The notes beneath the pieces are model-generated. The model saw only the letters and a program-made list of their open reading frames with translations, was not told the DNA's origin and searched no databases. From an uncultured Bacilli bacterium (lineage in GTDB: Bacteria; Bacillota_I; Bacilli_A; RF39; UBA660), in contig CAKOHG010000003.1 in NCBI GenBank assembly GCA_934085565.1, positions 6,309 to 70,308 on the forward strand: a stretch of DNA of 64,000 nucleotides. Direction: 5' to 3'. Positions within the stretch are counted from its first letter, which is position 1. Each line of letters begins with the position of its first letter. The position numbers and the translations under genes were made by a program. This document shows, in pieces, positions 18,998 through 28,798 of this stretch.

Positions 18998-19870
18998 ATG
19001 ATGACAAGGGTTGATAGAAGTTTTGACGAACCTACTGATTTTATACCAAAAAGAGTAGCCAAGAATAGAAATTTATATGATGAAATGAAAAATACCGATT
19101 TAGATAATTTTGATATTGCAAGTAATGCTAAAGTTATCGGTGACAATAATTCCCAAATAGATATTGATAAAATAAAAGAAATCTTAGAGAAAAATTATCA
19201 AGCTCCTCAAAGACGTAGTCTAAAAATGGACATACCAGAAGATGAAGAGTATGTTATGGAAAAAACAAGAGAATACGATATTAATTCTATTTTAGAGGCG
19301 GCTAGACAAGAAAAAGAAGTGGATTACGAAGAAGAAAGATTAAAAAAAGTTCGTGATACTCAATATGATATTTTAAAAAATTTGGAATTAGAAGCGTCTG
19401 AAAAAGAAACAACTAAGAAAAATAAAGAAGAACTTTTAGAACTAATTAATACTATTAATCTAAATGAGGTTCAAAATAAGGCTAAAGAAAGAATGGAAGA
19501 AGAAGATTCAGAAGAGGAAGAAACGGAAACAGAAGAGTTAAATCCTTTAAATATTTTAAGCGATTTAAAAGGCGATGAAAACACGGTTGTCGCGGGAGCC
19601 AAAGAATTTAATGAAGAAATGGCTTCTTTAGAAGAAGAAAAAGCCAAGAAAGAAAAAGAAGAAATCTCAGAAGCTATCGATGAAGATGTTGATGAATCTT
19701 TCTATACAAACAGTATGTCTTTTAGTAAAAAAGATTTTGCGGATTTTGATGATATTGATGAAGGTGGCAGTGGTATATTCGTCAAAATTCTTATTGTTTT
19801 CCTTGTCTTAGCCATCATTGCCGGTATTGTTTTATTCTTAAATGAGTTTTTGAATTTGGGTTTATTTTAA
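18998..19870 (+). CDS. Highly acidic tail-anchored membrane protein, unknown function
   Basis: E/D/K-rich, predicted coiled-coil body with a single C-terminal TM, IFVKILIVFLVLAIIAGIVLFL. Confidence 0.5.
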   Translation: MMTRVDRSFDEPTDFIPKRVAKNRNLYDEMKNTDLDNFDIASNAKVIGDNNSQIDIDKIKEILEKNYQAPQRRSLKMDIPEDEEYVMEKTREYDINSILEAARQEKEVDYEEERLKKVRDTQYDILKNLELEASEKETTKKNKEELLELINTINLNEVQNKAKERMEEEDSEEEETETEELNPLNILSDLKGDENTVVAGAKEFNEEMASLEEEKAKKEKEEISEAIDEDVDESFYTNSMSFSKKDFADFDDIDEGGSGIFVKILIVFLVLAIIAGIVLFLNEFLNLGLF

Positions 19871-19920
19871 ATAACGAGTAGTTAAACGAAAGTTATTTTT
19901 TCTTTGTCATAAAATGAACT

Positions 19921-20640
19921 ATGAAAAAAAATAGTTTTAAAGTTAAAAAGAATTCTTTTAAAATAATTATTTTTATTGTTTTTTTAATTGTTGTTATTGC
20001 CATTTTAATTTTTAAACGGTTTTGTACTTATACGACACCCCTTTTAGTTTCTTATACGGAAATAAAAATGAATGATTATTTGGAAAATGTTGCTAGTAAT
20101 TATCAGAAACTTATTACAGAAACAGAAAACTTAGAACTTTTAAAAGTTAAAGAAAATGCCAAGGGCGAGATTATCGGTATGGATTATGATTTAAATAAGA
20201 TATATACTATTTCAGCTCATTTAACGGAGTATTTAAATAATCATTTAAAAAATTATGATGAGCTGTCATCCGATTTAAAAAAAGACTTTAAAACAAGTGA
20301 ATCATCAATACTTTTCTTAATTCCTTTTGGACAATTATTGAATAATGTTTATTTCTCACAAATAGGACCTAAAATTCCTGTAATTATAAATTTGGAAAAT
20401 TCTGTGTTTACAAACGTCTCTACCAAAGTAACTGATTATGGACTTAACAATGCTTTATTAAATGTTGTTTTAGAAGTGAAATTAGGCTATCAAATTATAA
20501 CTCCTTTACAAAAAGAAAAGAAAACTTTAGAGTATGAACTTCTTATTAGTTCTAGTGTAATAGAAGGTAAAGTACCTAATTTTTATGGTGGTTCTATGGA
20601 AAGCAAGAGCACATTTTTTGAGGTTTATTTTCCCAATTAG
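19921..20640 (+). CDS. yunB: Sporulation protein YunB homologue
   Basis: IPFGQLLNNVYFSQIGPKIPVIINL...VTDYGLNNALLNVVLEV...EGKVPNFYGG is collinear with B. subtilis YunB (IPLGQVTGNSLLGNLGPKIPV...PYGINNALIDISIFVEI...QGEVPQFYNG). Confidence 0.8.
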   Translation: MKKNSFKVKKNSFKIIIFIVFLIVVIAILIFKRFCTYTTPLLVSYTEIKMNDYLENVASNYQKLITETENLELLKVKENAKGEIIGMDYDLNKIYTISAHLTEYLNNHLKNYDELSSDLKKDFKTSESSILFLIPFGQLLNNVYFSQIGPKIPVIINLENSVFTNVSTKVTDYGLNNALLNVVLEVKLGYQIITPLQKEKKTLEYELLISSSVIEGKVPNFYGGSMESKSTFFEVYFPN

Positions 20641-20678
20641 ATGTGCTATAATACCTCTATGATAGGATGGTGAATAGA

Positions 20679-21509
20679 ATGATTGGGAAACCATTTATAA
20701 ATGATGTTATCAATAAAGCCATTGAAGATTATTTAAAATTCAAAGCAACACCTGATAATCCATTTTTTTCTACTTTTCCCGTGATGGCTATTCGTACTCT
20801 TATATATATCTACGGAGAATTAGATATTATTAATCCTTACATTACTCGTAATGAACAAAGTCTAGGCGGCTTTGATAGCAATTTAACAAAATATGGTTTT
20901 CAAGAAGAGAAAGTAGAAGATTTTAAAGCTGCTTTTTTAAACTATCAAGAATTACTAACTAAAAATGTTATTCCTAACAGTGGCATGTTAACGATTCAAA
21001 AATATTTAATGGAAATGTATTTGATGAAAGAAAAAAATATGCATTTAGATTTTTCTTTAGAAGAAGAGTTTAAGAGCTACTTATATATTTCTTCTAATCC
21101 TAATCCGTATATTCAAAAAGATTTATCTTTATTAGGTAATCACGCTAATCAATTACAATCTTATTTTCAAAGTATTGCCTATGAAATGCATCATAACTTT
21201 TCATTAGAGGAAGAAAGACGGACTATTTATCCTTATGTGGCTTATCAAGTTTTAGGTTATAATATCAATCAAATTAATGCTCTAAGTGATGTAGATTTGA
21301 AAAAAGTGAATGAAAATGTTTTGAACTTTTTTAGAATAAACAAAGAAGAACCAAATAAAGAAGAAATGCTTTTAAAGGCAATCTCTTATTATCAAAAGTA
21401 TGGTAATCGTTTGACCAGTGGTAATGGTTATGTGGATATGCTTCTTTTCTTAAGTGTTCTTGTGACAACATTGTTTATTACTTTTTTAGCCTTTTGGAAA
21501 TTATGGTAG
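20679..21509 (+). CDS. Tail-anchored protein, unknown function
   Basis: Extended -10 tgtgctataat at 20642..20652. SD GGTGA lies 5 nt before the ATG at 20679. C-terminal TM is MLLFLSVLVTTLFITFLAFW. Confidence 0.5.
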   Translation: MIGKPFINDVINKAIEDYLKFKATPDNPFFSTFPVMAIRTLIYIYGELDIINPYITRNEQSLGGFDSNLTKYGFQEEKVEDFKAAFLNYQELLTKNVIPNSGMLTIQKYLMEMYLMKEKNMHLDFSLEEEFKSYLYISSNPNPYIQKDLSLLGNHANQLQSYFQSIAYEMHHNFSLEEERRTIYPYVAYQVLGYNINQINALSDVDLKKVNENVLNFFRINKEEPNKEEMLLKAISYYQKYGNRLTSGNGYVDMLLFLSVLVTTLFITFLAFWKLW

Positions 21510-21516
21510 GTGATTT

Positions 21517-21798
21517 ATGAAATATATTTTACTGTCAGGTCAAAAATACCTGGTTATGAAAGATTATCGAGAAGCTTTAGATGAAGAAGCTTTAGAAGCT
21601 ATTTTCACCGATTATTTTTTGCCTTTTGATTATATTGTTGGTGACTGGGCGTATGGTAAGCTTCGTTTAAAAGGCTTTAATAGCAAGACAAATGCTAATT
21701 TTAAAGATTATAATGATGTGGATAAAATAGAAGAATATTTAAATAATTACTGTGCTTACGGTTGTAAATATTTTATTTTAAGTAAAGAGCAAGAGTAG
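21517..21798 (+). CDS. yutD: YutD-family protein (DUF1027)
   Basis: YIVGDWAYGKLRLKGF matches the YutD hallmark (YIVGDWGYGQLRLKGF). Confidence 0.8.
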   Translation: MKYILLSGQKYLVMKDYREALDEEALEAIFTDYFLPFDYIVGDWAYGKLRLKGFNSKTNANFKDYNDVDKIEEYLNNYCAYGCKYFILSKEQE

Positions 21799-21858
21799 AA
21801 TGCTTGCTTATTTCATTGTTTTTTGCTATAATTTTTTCAGAATAGTGAGGGAATAAGA

Positions 21859-22140
21859 ATGAATAATAAAATTACATTAACAGATCCAAGCGGTACAAAA
21901 ACTGAATATGATGTTGTTTGCCATTTTAAAAGTACAGATGACAATCATCCTAATATAAAGAATGTACCTATTTTAGTAGTAGATTTACATGAAGAAAATA
22001 ATGGCAATCAAGTCCTTGGTTTTCTTTGGGAAAAAGATGGCACATATCAAGCTATCGCTGATACTTTAGCTTGGGGAGAGGTAAAAAGTGTCATTGTAGA
22101 TATCATCAAAAATAATGCAGAAGTGGTAGGTGTTTTATAA
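21859..22140 (+). CDS. Small cytoplasmic protein, unknown function (weak DUF1292-like N-terminus)
   Basis: SD GTGAGGGAA upstream. ITLTDPSGTKTEYDVV start. TAATG overlap with the next ORF. Confidence 0.5.
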   Translation: MNNKITLTDPSGTKTEYDVVCHFKSTDDNHPNIKNVPILVVDLHEENNGNQVLGFLWEKDGTYQAIADTLAWGEVKSVIVDIIKNNAEVVGVL

Positions 22141-22862
22141 TGGCTAGCAATATAATAAATATTGAAACAGTTACAGTCGCTAATAAAAGTCTTGGTGATG
22201 TAACGAAACTTGCTTTAAGTGCTACGCAACTTGACACATTAAAGAATAATATGGTTTCTTTTGTAAATACTTATAAAGCTAATAATGTTACAGTAGCTCC
22301 AGAAGTCACTGTAGAACCAGTAGTAGAACAAGCTATTCCAAGTATTAATACTTTCAATGAAACTGTTTCAAGTACACCAATCGTTACAGAGGATGTAGTA
22401 GCTCCACAAATTAATAATGTTCCTCCTATTGTGGAAGAACCAGTTGTGAATCCTGCTAATTTTGCGGATGAAAAAGTTGATATGTCAGGTGTAATGAGTG
22501 AACCAGTTGCCAATCCATTTGCAGAAAGTGTTACTCCACCAGTTGTTGATTTTAATGAACCAGTAGTTGCAGAACCAACAGTAGAAGCTCCAGCTGCTAA
22601 AGAACCAGAAACAAATAATGTTCTTTATGTTTTTGAAGAATATAAAAATAAAAAAGCTGCTATCGAAGAAGAATATCATCAAAAGATTTCTGCTTTAGAA
22701 ACAGAATTTCAAAATAAAATCAGTACAGAATTACAAACTCTTGCTGATGATAAAAAAAAAATAATTAATCTTCAAGAAAAAGCTGCAGAACATTTAAAAA
22801 ATGCTCAAGCTGCAGAAACAATCGCTAATCAAGCCTTTGATAATGCGAGAAGAATTGCTTAA
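22140..22862 (+). CDS. P/V/E-rich protein with C-terminal coiled coil, unknown function
   Basis: Degenerate (E/V)PVV / PPVV repeats at about aa 55-160, then a heptad-like C-terminus (EEEYHQKISALETEFQNKISTELQTLADDKKKIINLQEKAAEHLKNAQ). Confidence 0.5.
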   Translation: MASNIINIETVTVANKSLGDVTKLALSATQLDTLKNNMVSFVNTYKANNVTVAPEVTVEPVVEQAIPSINTFNETVSSTPIVTEDVVAPQINNVPPIVEEPVVNPANFADEKVDMSGVMSEPVANPFAESVTPPVVDFNEPVVAEPTVEAPAAKEPETNNVLYVFEEYKNKKAAIEEEYHQKISALETEFQNKISTELQTLADDKKKIINLQEKAAEHLKNAQAAETIANQAFDNARRIA

Positions 22863-22890
22863 AATTCGAGAATAAAACTCGAATTTTTTT
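22862..22890 (+). terminator. Rho-independent terminator
   Basis: aaattcgag-N8-ctcgaattt perfect 9-bp stem plus a T-run. Confidence 0.8.
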
Positions 22891-22903
22891 CATAAGTATC
22901 AGT

Positions 22904-23830
22904 ATGAAAGAAAATATTTTATATGCTTATCATATTAATCCTAACGATATCAAAGATTATCCAGAATTTTCCATTTTTTCCTATAATGAGAAAAATTATT
23001 ATTTTAGTTTGGTAAAAAGAGATGAGAAAAACTTTAAAATATTATTAGAAGTCATGCAAGAATTGCAAATGAGAAAAAGTAACATTTTTCCTTTTATTAT
23101 GAATGTCTTTGGCTCTTATTTGACAAAAGTGGATAATAAAAATTATGTTTTGATAGAAATGACAGATGAACAAAAAGAGTACGACCTTTTTGACATTATT
23201 AATTTTCAAAGAGAATATACGGCTACGAATAAAGTTGTGTCTTTATATCAAAATGACTGGGGAAATCTTTGGAGCAGCAAAGTTGATTATTTAGAATATC
23301 AAATGAGTGAACTAGGAAAAAATTTCCCAACTCTTTTAAATAGTTTTAGCTATTATGTTGGGCTTGCTGAGAATGCTATTAGTTATGTTAATAGCCTAAA
23401 TAGAAGATTTCCTAAAGAGCATTCTATACTCGTTTTAGCTCACAAGAGAGTACCTTATCCAAATCTTAGACTTAATTTTGATAATCCTTTAAATTTATTA
23501 TTAGATGTTTATGAAAGAGACATTGGCGAATATTTAAAAAATCTTTTCTTTTATAATGAAAAAGACGCTTTAATTGACTTAAAAGTCTATATAGAAATAA
23601 GAAAACCAAGTGCTTATCAAATGGGACTTTTATTTGCTCGTCTTCTTTATCCATCTTACTATTTTGACATTCATGAGAAAGTTATTGAAAATAATTTAGA
23701 CGCGGATAGGGTCCTCGTTTATACTGATAAAGTAAATGATTATGAAAATTTCTTAAAAGACGCTTTCTCATTAATGAATCAGTATGTTCCTTTAGAAAAA
23801 ATTGATTGGCTCATAAAAAAAGAATCATAA
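22904..23830 (+). CDS. CotS/YutH-like (kinase-fold) spore-coat-type protein
   Basis: Size, position between yutD and nifU(yutI), and phosphotransferase-like segments (W..LWSSKVDYLE, LAHKRV..PN, LLDVYERDIGEYL). No SD is visible. Confidence 0.45.
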   Translation: MKENILYAYHINPNDIKDYPEFSIFSYNEKNYYFSLVKRDEKNFKILLEVMQELQMRKSNIFPFIMNVFGSYLTKVDNKNYVLIEMTDEQKEYDLFDIINFQREYTATNKVVSLYQNDWGNLWSSKVDYLEYQMSELGKNFPTLLNSFSYYVGLAENAISYVNSLNRRFPKEHSILVLAHKRVPYPNLRLNFDNPLNLLLDVYERDIGEYLKNLFFYNEKDALIDLKVYIEIRKPSAYQMGLLFARLLYPSYYFDIHEKVIENNLDADRVLVYTDKVNDYENFLKDAFSLMNQYVPLEKIDWLIKKES

Positions 23831-24064
23831 CTCAACGTTTATAATTCCTTTAATTTCTTTCATATCTTCTTGAATGTAAGCTAAAATATTATCTTTTAAG
23901 GTAACATCTTGATAACCACACATGGCGCAAGCCCCTGTTAATTTAACATATACATAATCATCTTCTAATTTAATAAATTCGATGTCGCCACCTTCCATAT
24001 TTAAAAAGGGACGAATATCATCTAAAAGTTCTTTGACTTGGTTAATTTTATCTATATTTTCCAT
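23825..24064 (-). CDS. Nfu/NifU C-terminal-domain Fe-S scaffold protein (YutI-like)
   Basis: MEGGDIEFIKLEDDYVYVKLTGACAMCG, the CxxC motif of the NifU C-domain. Confidence 0.9.
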   Translation of the reverse strand: MENIDKINQVKELLDDIRPFLNMEGGDIEFIKLEDDYVYVKLTGACAMCGYQDVTLKDNILAYIQEDMKEIKGIINVEL

Positions 24065-24151
24065 AAACGTTGTCCTTTCATTAAATAATTATATGATTTT
24101 TGGCTTAACAAGTAAAGAAAAATTGTTTATAATTAAGAGGACGGAGGAAAC

Positions 24152-24496
24152 ATGATAAACTATCAAACAGGAGATATTATAAAAGGTAAAATAAGTGGTT
24201 TTGAAGATTATGGTATTTTTTTAAATTTTGAAAACGGCTATACAGGACTTATTCATATTTCAGAACTAAGTCAATATTTTGTTAAAGATGTTCATGAATA
24301 TGGTTCTCTTGGAGAAGAAGTGACTTGTCGTATTTTAGAAGTGGATAATGTGAATAAAAAAATTAAATGTTCTATTAAAGATACTGACTACGGAAAAGAG
24401 AAAGATTTTAATATAGATCATGGTTTTACCCCTTTGAAAATACAGTTACCTATTTGGATGAAAGAAAAATTAGACCAAATGAACGGAAAAAGATAA
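24152..24496 (+). CDS. yugI: S1 RNA-binding domain protein (YugI / general stress protein 13-like)
   Basis: GDIIKGKISGFEDYGIFLNFENGYTGLIHISELS is a canonical S1 fold start. SD GGAGGAAA. Confidence 0.85.
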   Translation: MINYQTGDIIKGKISGFEDYGIFLNFENGYTGLIHISELSQYFVKDVHEYGSLGEEVTCRILEVDNVNKKIKCSIKDTDYGKEKDFNIDHGFTPLKIQLPIWMKEKLDQMNGKR

Positions 24497-24503
24497 AAAA
24501 AGC

Positions 24504-24532
24504 TTGCCAAATTTCATTTTTGCTATTATAAT
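24504..24532 (+). promoter_or_regulatory. SigA-type promoter of the tRNA cluster
   Basis: TTGCCA (24504-24509), 17-nt spacer, TATAAT (24527-24532), about 30 nt upstream of tRNA-Leu. Confidence 0.6.
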
Positions 24533-24562
24533 GAAATAGTCTTATCAGTTAAGACAGTGCCT

Positions 24563-24651
24563 GCCCGAGTGGCGGAATAGGTAGACGCACAGGACTTAAA
24601 ATCCTGCGGGTGTTAAAACCCGTGCCGGTTCAAGTCCGGCCTCGGGCACCA
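24563..24651 (+). tRNA. tRNA-Leu (anticodon TAA), CCA encoded
   Basis: 7-bp acceptor stem gcccgag/ctcgggc, anticodon loop cttaaaa, long variable arm, GGTTCAAGTCC T-loop. Confidence 0.95.
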
Positions 24652-24661
24652 TTTTATTTTT

Positions 24662-24754
24662 GGAGGAATACCCAAGTCCGGTTGAAGGGATCGGTCTTGA
24701 AAACCGAGAGGTCGCGAGAGCGGCGCAGGGGTTCGAATCCCTTTTCCTCCGCCA
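24662..24754 (+). tRNA. tRNA-Ser (anticodon TGA), CCA encoded
   Basis: Acceptor stem ggaggaa/ttcctcc, anticodon loop cttgaaa, long variable arm, GGTTCGAATCC T-loop. Confidence 0.95.
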
Positions 24755-24766
24755 TTTTATATTTAT

Positions 24767-24843
<77 letters not shown>

Positions 24844-24844
24844 T

Positions 24845-24921
24845 GGTTCGTTAGTCTAGAGGCCTATGACGTCTGCCTGTCACGCAGAAGACCACGGGTT
24901 CGAATCCCGTACGAACCGCCA
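24845..24921 (+). tRNA. tRNA-Asp (anticodon GTC), CCA encoded
   Basis: Acceptor stem ggttcgt/acgaacc, anticodon loop ctgtcac. Starts 1 nt after tRNA-fMet. Confidence 0.95.
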
Positions 24922-24927
24922 TTTTAT

Positions 24928-25003
<76 letters not shown>

Positions 25004-25140
25004 TTGAAAAATTTTTCGAATTATTCGAACTTTTAATATATAAAGCAATCAGGAATGGTTGTTTTTTTGTGTTTTTAATTACCTTGAAAAATAAAAATTA
25101 TATGCTACAATAAAATTAATGCTTTTAAAGAGGTGATACT

Positions 25141-28100
25141 ATGGATGAATTACAAAATAAGATACTTGAATGGGTATCTAGAGTTGATTATAACAAGGGG
25201 CTTAATTATAATGAAGATTATATAGAACATGTTAGCACGACTGGTCAAACAGAAAAGAAATATCAATTTCTAGTAGAATCAGAATCAAGTTATCGCAAGT
25301 ATATTGTTCAAATTGATACGAATCAGTATAAGAATATAAAGAAAACGTATTGCACTTGTCCGCAGTTCTTAAATAATGGCTCTTGTAAGCATGTCGCTGC
25401 ATGTTTAATATGCTATTCGGATATTTTACTTGCTAAAAAAAATGAAAAAACAGTACAACAAAAAACAACCCAATTATTTCAATTAATGGAAAAAGAATAT
25501 GAAGAGACCGTTACCAAAAAATCTGAAGTTTTTCTTTTTCCAGAGTTATGTATTTCTGATAATTATTATGAAAACACCGTAGAATTGAAGGCAAAAATTG
25601 GTCAAGAAAAAACTTATGCGTTGTTAGGAAAATTTAATAATTTTTATACCTCTTTAAAATCAGAAATGAGTTACCGGTTTGGCGCTAATTTTTCCTATGA
25701 ACCTTCCAAACATTATTTTAGCGACCAATCGTTACATTTTTTAGAATATATTAAAAATTTAAAATCAAGAACCTATTATAATGGAAACTCAACTTATTTA
25801 GATAGTTCTGAGGTGAAAGCACTATTTAACATTTATAAAGAAGGCATTTATATTAATGGTCAAAATAAAGTGACTCCAATTGTAAATGGTTTTCCTTTTG
25901 CCACGCATTTATCTAAAAATAGCCATGAGTATCATTTGGAAGTTTCTTTGGACCAGGCTTTCTTTTTAACAAAAGATGGGGAATATATACTAAATGATAA
26001 TAAAATTTATCACTTAGATAAAAAACAAATTGTTTTATTAAATGAAATTGTTAGTAACGATTTAGAAGAACTTGTTTTTGATGAACGAGAATTTCCAAGT
26101 TTCCAAAAAAGCGTTTTAAGAGCTATTAAAGATAAATTAGAATTAGATGAATCCGTCAGTGATATTATTATGGAGATTAAACCTGAGGTTAAATTTTACT
26201 TTGACTTAAATGAAAATGATATCAATTGTATTCCTAAATTTGTATATAATAATGAAGAGGTATCTTATTTTGCCGAAGCATGTAATGTTATTCGTGATAT
26301 TGACTATGAAAATGAAGTTGTTTCTATCTTACAAGATTATGGCTTTCATAAATTAAATAATATATATTTATTAGATGATTTTGACTTGATGTGTGAATTT
26401 GTTGATACAGGCTTAGATGAAATATCAGCTAAATATCCTGTTTATACTTCAGAAAAACTACAGAATACTAATTTAATAAAAAATAACTCCGTTACAACAC
26501 ACTTTAGTATCGGTAAAGATCAAATTTTACACTTCGATTTTGATCTTGGCAATGTCAATAATGATGAATTAGACAGCATTTTAGCGTCTATTAAAAATAA
26601 GAAAAAATATTATCGTTTGCAAAACGGGGATATCTTATCTTTAGAGCAAGAATCTTTACAAGAATTAAATGATTTGACAGAAGATTTGGATTTAACGAAA
26701 GAAGATATGGAAAATGGTACGATTCCAAAATATCGAGCATTATATTTAGATTCCTTGAAAGAAAAAAAATACGGCATTATCGAGACAGATTCTCTTTTTA
26801 AAAACTTTATTAATCAATTTAAAGAATTTAAAAATAGTGATTTAAAATTCACCAAAGAAGAGTTAAAGACTTTACGTGATTACCAAGTAAGTGGTGTCAA
26901 ATGGTTGTATATGATTTGTAAATGTGGCTTTGGCGGAATCTTAGCCGATGAAATGGGACTTGGAAAATCATTACAAACTATCATGTTTATTAAAAAAATG
27001 TATGAAGAAAATAAAGATAGTAAATTTTTAATTGTTTGTCCTACTGCTTTAGTTTACAACTGGGAAAATGAATTTCAAAAATTTGCACCATCCTTATCTT
27101 ATCAAGTATTTGCTGGTAATCGTCAAGAAAGACAAGAACTCTTAAAAAAATACAATGGTAATATATACATCACTTCCTATGGTTTATTAAGAGAAGATTT
27201 AGACATCTATGAAACCAAGGACTATCGTGTTTTTGTTATTGATGAAGCTCAAAATATCAAAAACCCTAAAACGGGACTTACTAAAGCAGTTAAAAGTATC
27301 ACAGCGGAAACAAAAATAGCTTTGACAGGTACACCTATTGAAAACACAATCACAGAACTATGGAGTATTTTTGACTTCATAATGCCAGGATTCTTATCTA
27401 GCTTAGTAAAATTTCAACAAAAATATCACATCAAAGACTTTGATGAAGATACCAATAAATTATTAACAAATTTAAAAGCCCAAGTAAAACCATTTATTTT
27501 AAGAAGAAAGAAAAAAGACGTTATTAAAGACTTACCAGATAAAATTGAAAATAATATTTTTATTGATTTAAATGAAATGCAAAAGAAATACTATGCGGCA
27601 GAGGTAAAACGTGTGAATGACGAAATGGATAAGCTAGTAAATGCCGGTGGTTTCACTAAGAATAAAATGATGATTTTAGCCCTTTTAACCCGTTTAAGAC
27701 AAATATGCATTCATCCATCTATTTATGATGACAATTACAAAGGGGAAAGTGCTAAGATGGAAGCCTTACTAGACACTGTAAAAGAACTGGTTTCCAATGG
27801 TCATAAAATTTTACTTTTTACGAGTTTTAAAACAGCGCTTTATCTTGTCAAAGAAGCCTTGAATAATGAAGGTATTTCTACTTATGTTATTGATGGCGCG
27901 GTGCCAAGTAAACAAAGACAAATTTTAGTGGACGCTTTTAATAAAGACAAGACAAGCGTATTTTTGATTATGCTTAAAAGCGGGGGCACAGGTCTTAATT
28001 TAACGAGTGCTGATGTGGTTATCCATTTAGATTTGTGGTGGAATCCTCAAGCTGAAAATCAAGCAACAGACAGAACTCACCGTATTGGTCAAACAAAAAC

Positions 28101-28281
28101 AGTTGAAGTTATTAAACTGATTTGTAAAGGCACCATTGAAGAAAAAATATTATCTTTACAAGAAAAGAAAAAACTTCTATCAGATAAAATGATAGAAGAA
28201 GATATGGATGATAATACTTACTTAAAAAGTTTATCAGAAAAAGATATTCGTGATTTACTTGCTTACGAAAACAAAGATTAA
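25141..28281 (+). CDS. SNF2-family helicase/translocase with N-terminal SWIM zinc finger (YwqA/RapA-like)
   Basis: SWIM: CTCPQFLNNGSCKHVAA. SNF2 motifs: ILADEMGLGKSLQ, DEAQNIKN, LTGTPIEN. Helicase-C: GGTGLNLTSADVVIHLDLWWNPQAENQATDRTHRIGQ. Confidence 0.9.
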   Translation: MDELQNKILEWVSRVDYNKGLNYNEDYIEHVSTTGQTEKKYQFLVESESSYRKYIVQIDTNQYKNIKKTYCTCPQFLNNGSCKHVAACLICYSDILLAKKNEKTVQQKTTQLFQLMEKEYEETVTKKSEVFLFPELCISDNYYENTVELKAKIGQEKTYALLGKFNNFYTSLKSEMSYRFGANFSYEPSKHYFSDQSLHFLEYIKNLKSRTYYNGNSTYLDSSEVKALFNIYKEGIYINGQNKVTPIVNGFPFATHLSKNSHEYHLEVSLDQAFFLTKDGEYILNDNKIYHLDKKQIVLLNEIVSNDLEELVFDEREFPSFQKSVLRAIKDKLELDESVSDIIMEIKPEVKFYFDLNENDINCIPKFVYNNEEVSYFAEACNVIRDIDYENEVVSILQDYGFHKLNNIYLLDDFDLMCEFVDTGLDEISAKYPVYTSEKLQNTNLIKNNSVTTHFSIGKDQILHFDFDLGNVNNDELDSILASIKNKKKYYRLQNGDILSLEQESLQELNDLTEDLDLTKEDMENGTIPKYRALYLDSLKEKKYGIIETDSLFKNFINQFKEFKNSDLKFTKEELKTLRDYQVSGVKWLYMICKCGFGGILADEMGLGKSLQTIMFIKKMYEENKDSKFLIVCPTALVYNWENEFQKFAPSLSYQVFAGNRQERQELLKKYNGNIYITSYGLLREDLDIYETKDYRVFVIDEAQNIKNPKTGLTKAVKSITAETKIALTGTPIENTITELWSIFDFIMPGFLSSLVKFQQKYHIKDFDEDTNKLLTNLKAQVKPFILRRKKKDVIKDLPDKIENNIFIDLNEMQKKYYAAEVKRVNDEMDKLVNAGGFTKNKMMILALLTRLRQICIHPSIYDDNYKGESAKMEALLDTVKELVSNGHKILLFTSFKTALYLVKEALNNEGISTYVIDGAVPSKQRQILVDAFNKDKTSVFLIMLKSGGTGLNLTSADVVIHLDLWWNPQAENQATDRTHRIGQTKTVEVIKLICKGTIEEKILSLQEKKKLLSDKMIEEDMDDNTYLKSLSEKDIRDLLAYENKD

Positions 28282-28730
28282 TTTAAAATATAAATTCCCG
28301 CATTTAAATAGGTTGCAAATACTAACCAAAGTAAATAGAAAATAAGTAAAGTTCCTGAAAGGGGACTTTCTTTTTTATAGTTTAAGAATAATAAATAAGT
28401 AAAACCAGTTAAAAGACAAATAACAAATAAAGCACCTAGATAAAGTTTAAAATTAAAGAAAATGATTGGCCAAATAAAATTTAAAACGAGACCAACATAA
28501 TATAAAATCGAGGTTTCTTTATTCTCACTAACTTGTCTATTTTTATAATAAGCGTAGCCGATTAATAGGTAAAGGATTGTCCACGCGATAGGAAAAACTA
28601 TTTTAGGTGGAGCCAAAAAAGGCTTTACCATATCTTGATAATTTAAGCTATCTTTAATAATAAAACTCACAATACCCCCACCTATTAAAGGAGTAAAGAT
28701 TTGTAGTAAATTTTTAAGTTTATTTTTCAT
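28278..28730 (-). CDS. tspO: TspO/MBR-family tryptophan-rich sensory membrane protein
   Basis: LAPPKIVFPIAWTILYLLIGYAYY and LNFIWPIIFF motifs; 5 TM segments. Start moved to the ATG at 28730 after AGGTGA. Confidence 0.8.
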   Translation of the reverse strand: MKNKLKNLLQIFTPLIGGGIVSFIIKDSLNYQDMVKPFLAPPKIVFPIAWTILYLLIGYAYYKNRQVSENKETSILYYVGLVLNFIWPIIFFNFKLYLGALFVICLLTGFTYLLFLNYKKESPLSGTLLIFYLLWLVFATYLNAGIYILN

Positions 28731-28798
28731 TGAATCACCTTTTGTAATAATATATCCCAAAATAAGAAAAATATGATAAGATAAAAGAGGTGTTTGAG

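Noticed and set aside
25004-28281. SWIM-SNF2 helicase immediately downstream of a tRNA cluster, considered as a possible integrated defence or mobile island
   Set aside because: No integrase or recombinase and no direct repeat of a tRNA 3' end. The gene has its own SigA-like promoter (TTGAAA-16-TACAAT at 25084..25111). SWIM+SNF2 (YwqA-like) proteins are common single-copy chromosomal genes in Bacillota, and the convergent neighbour is an ordinary tspO.
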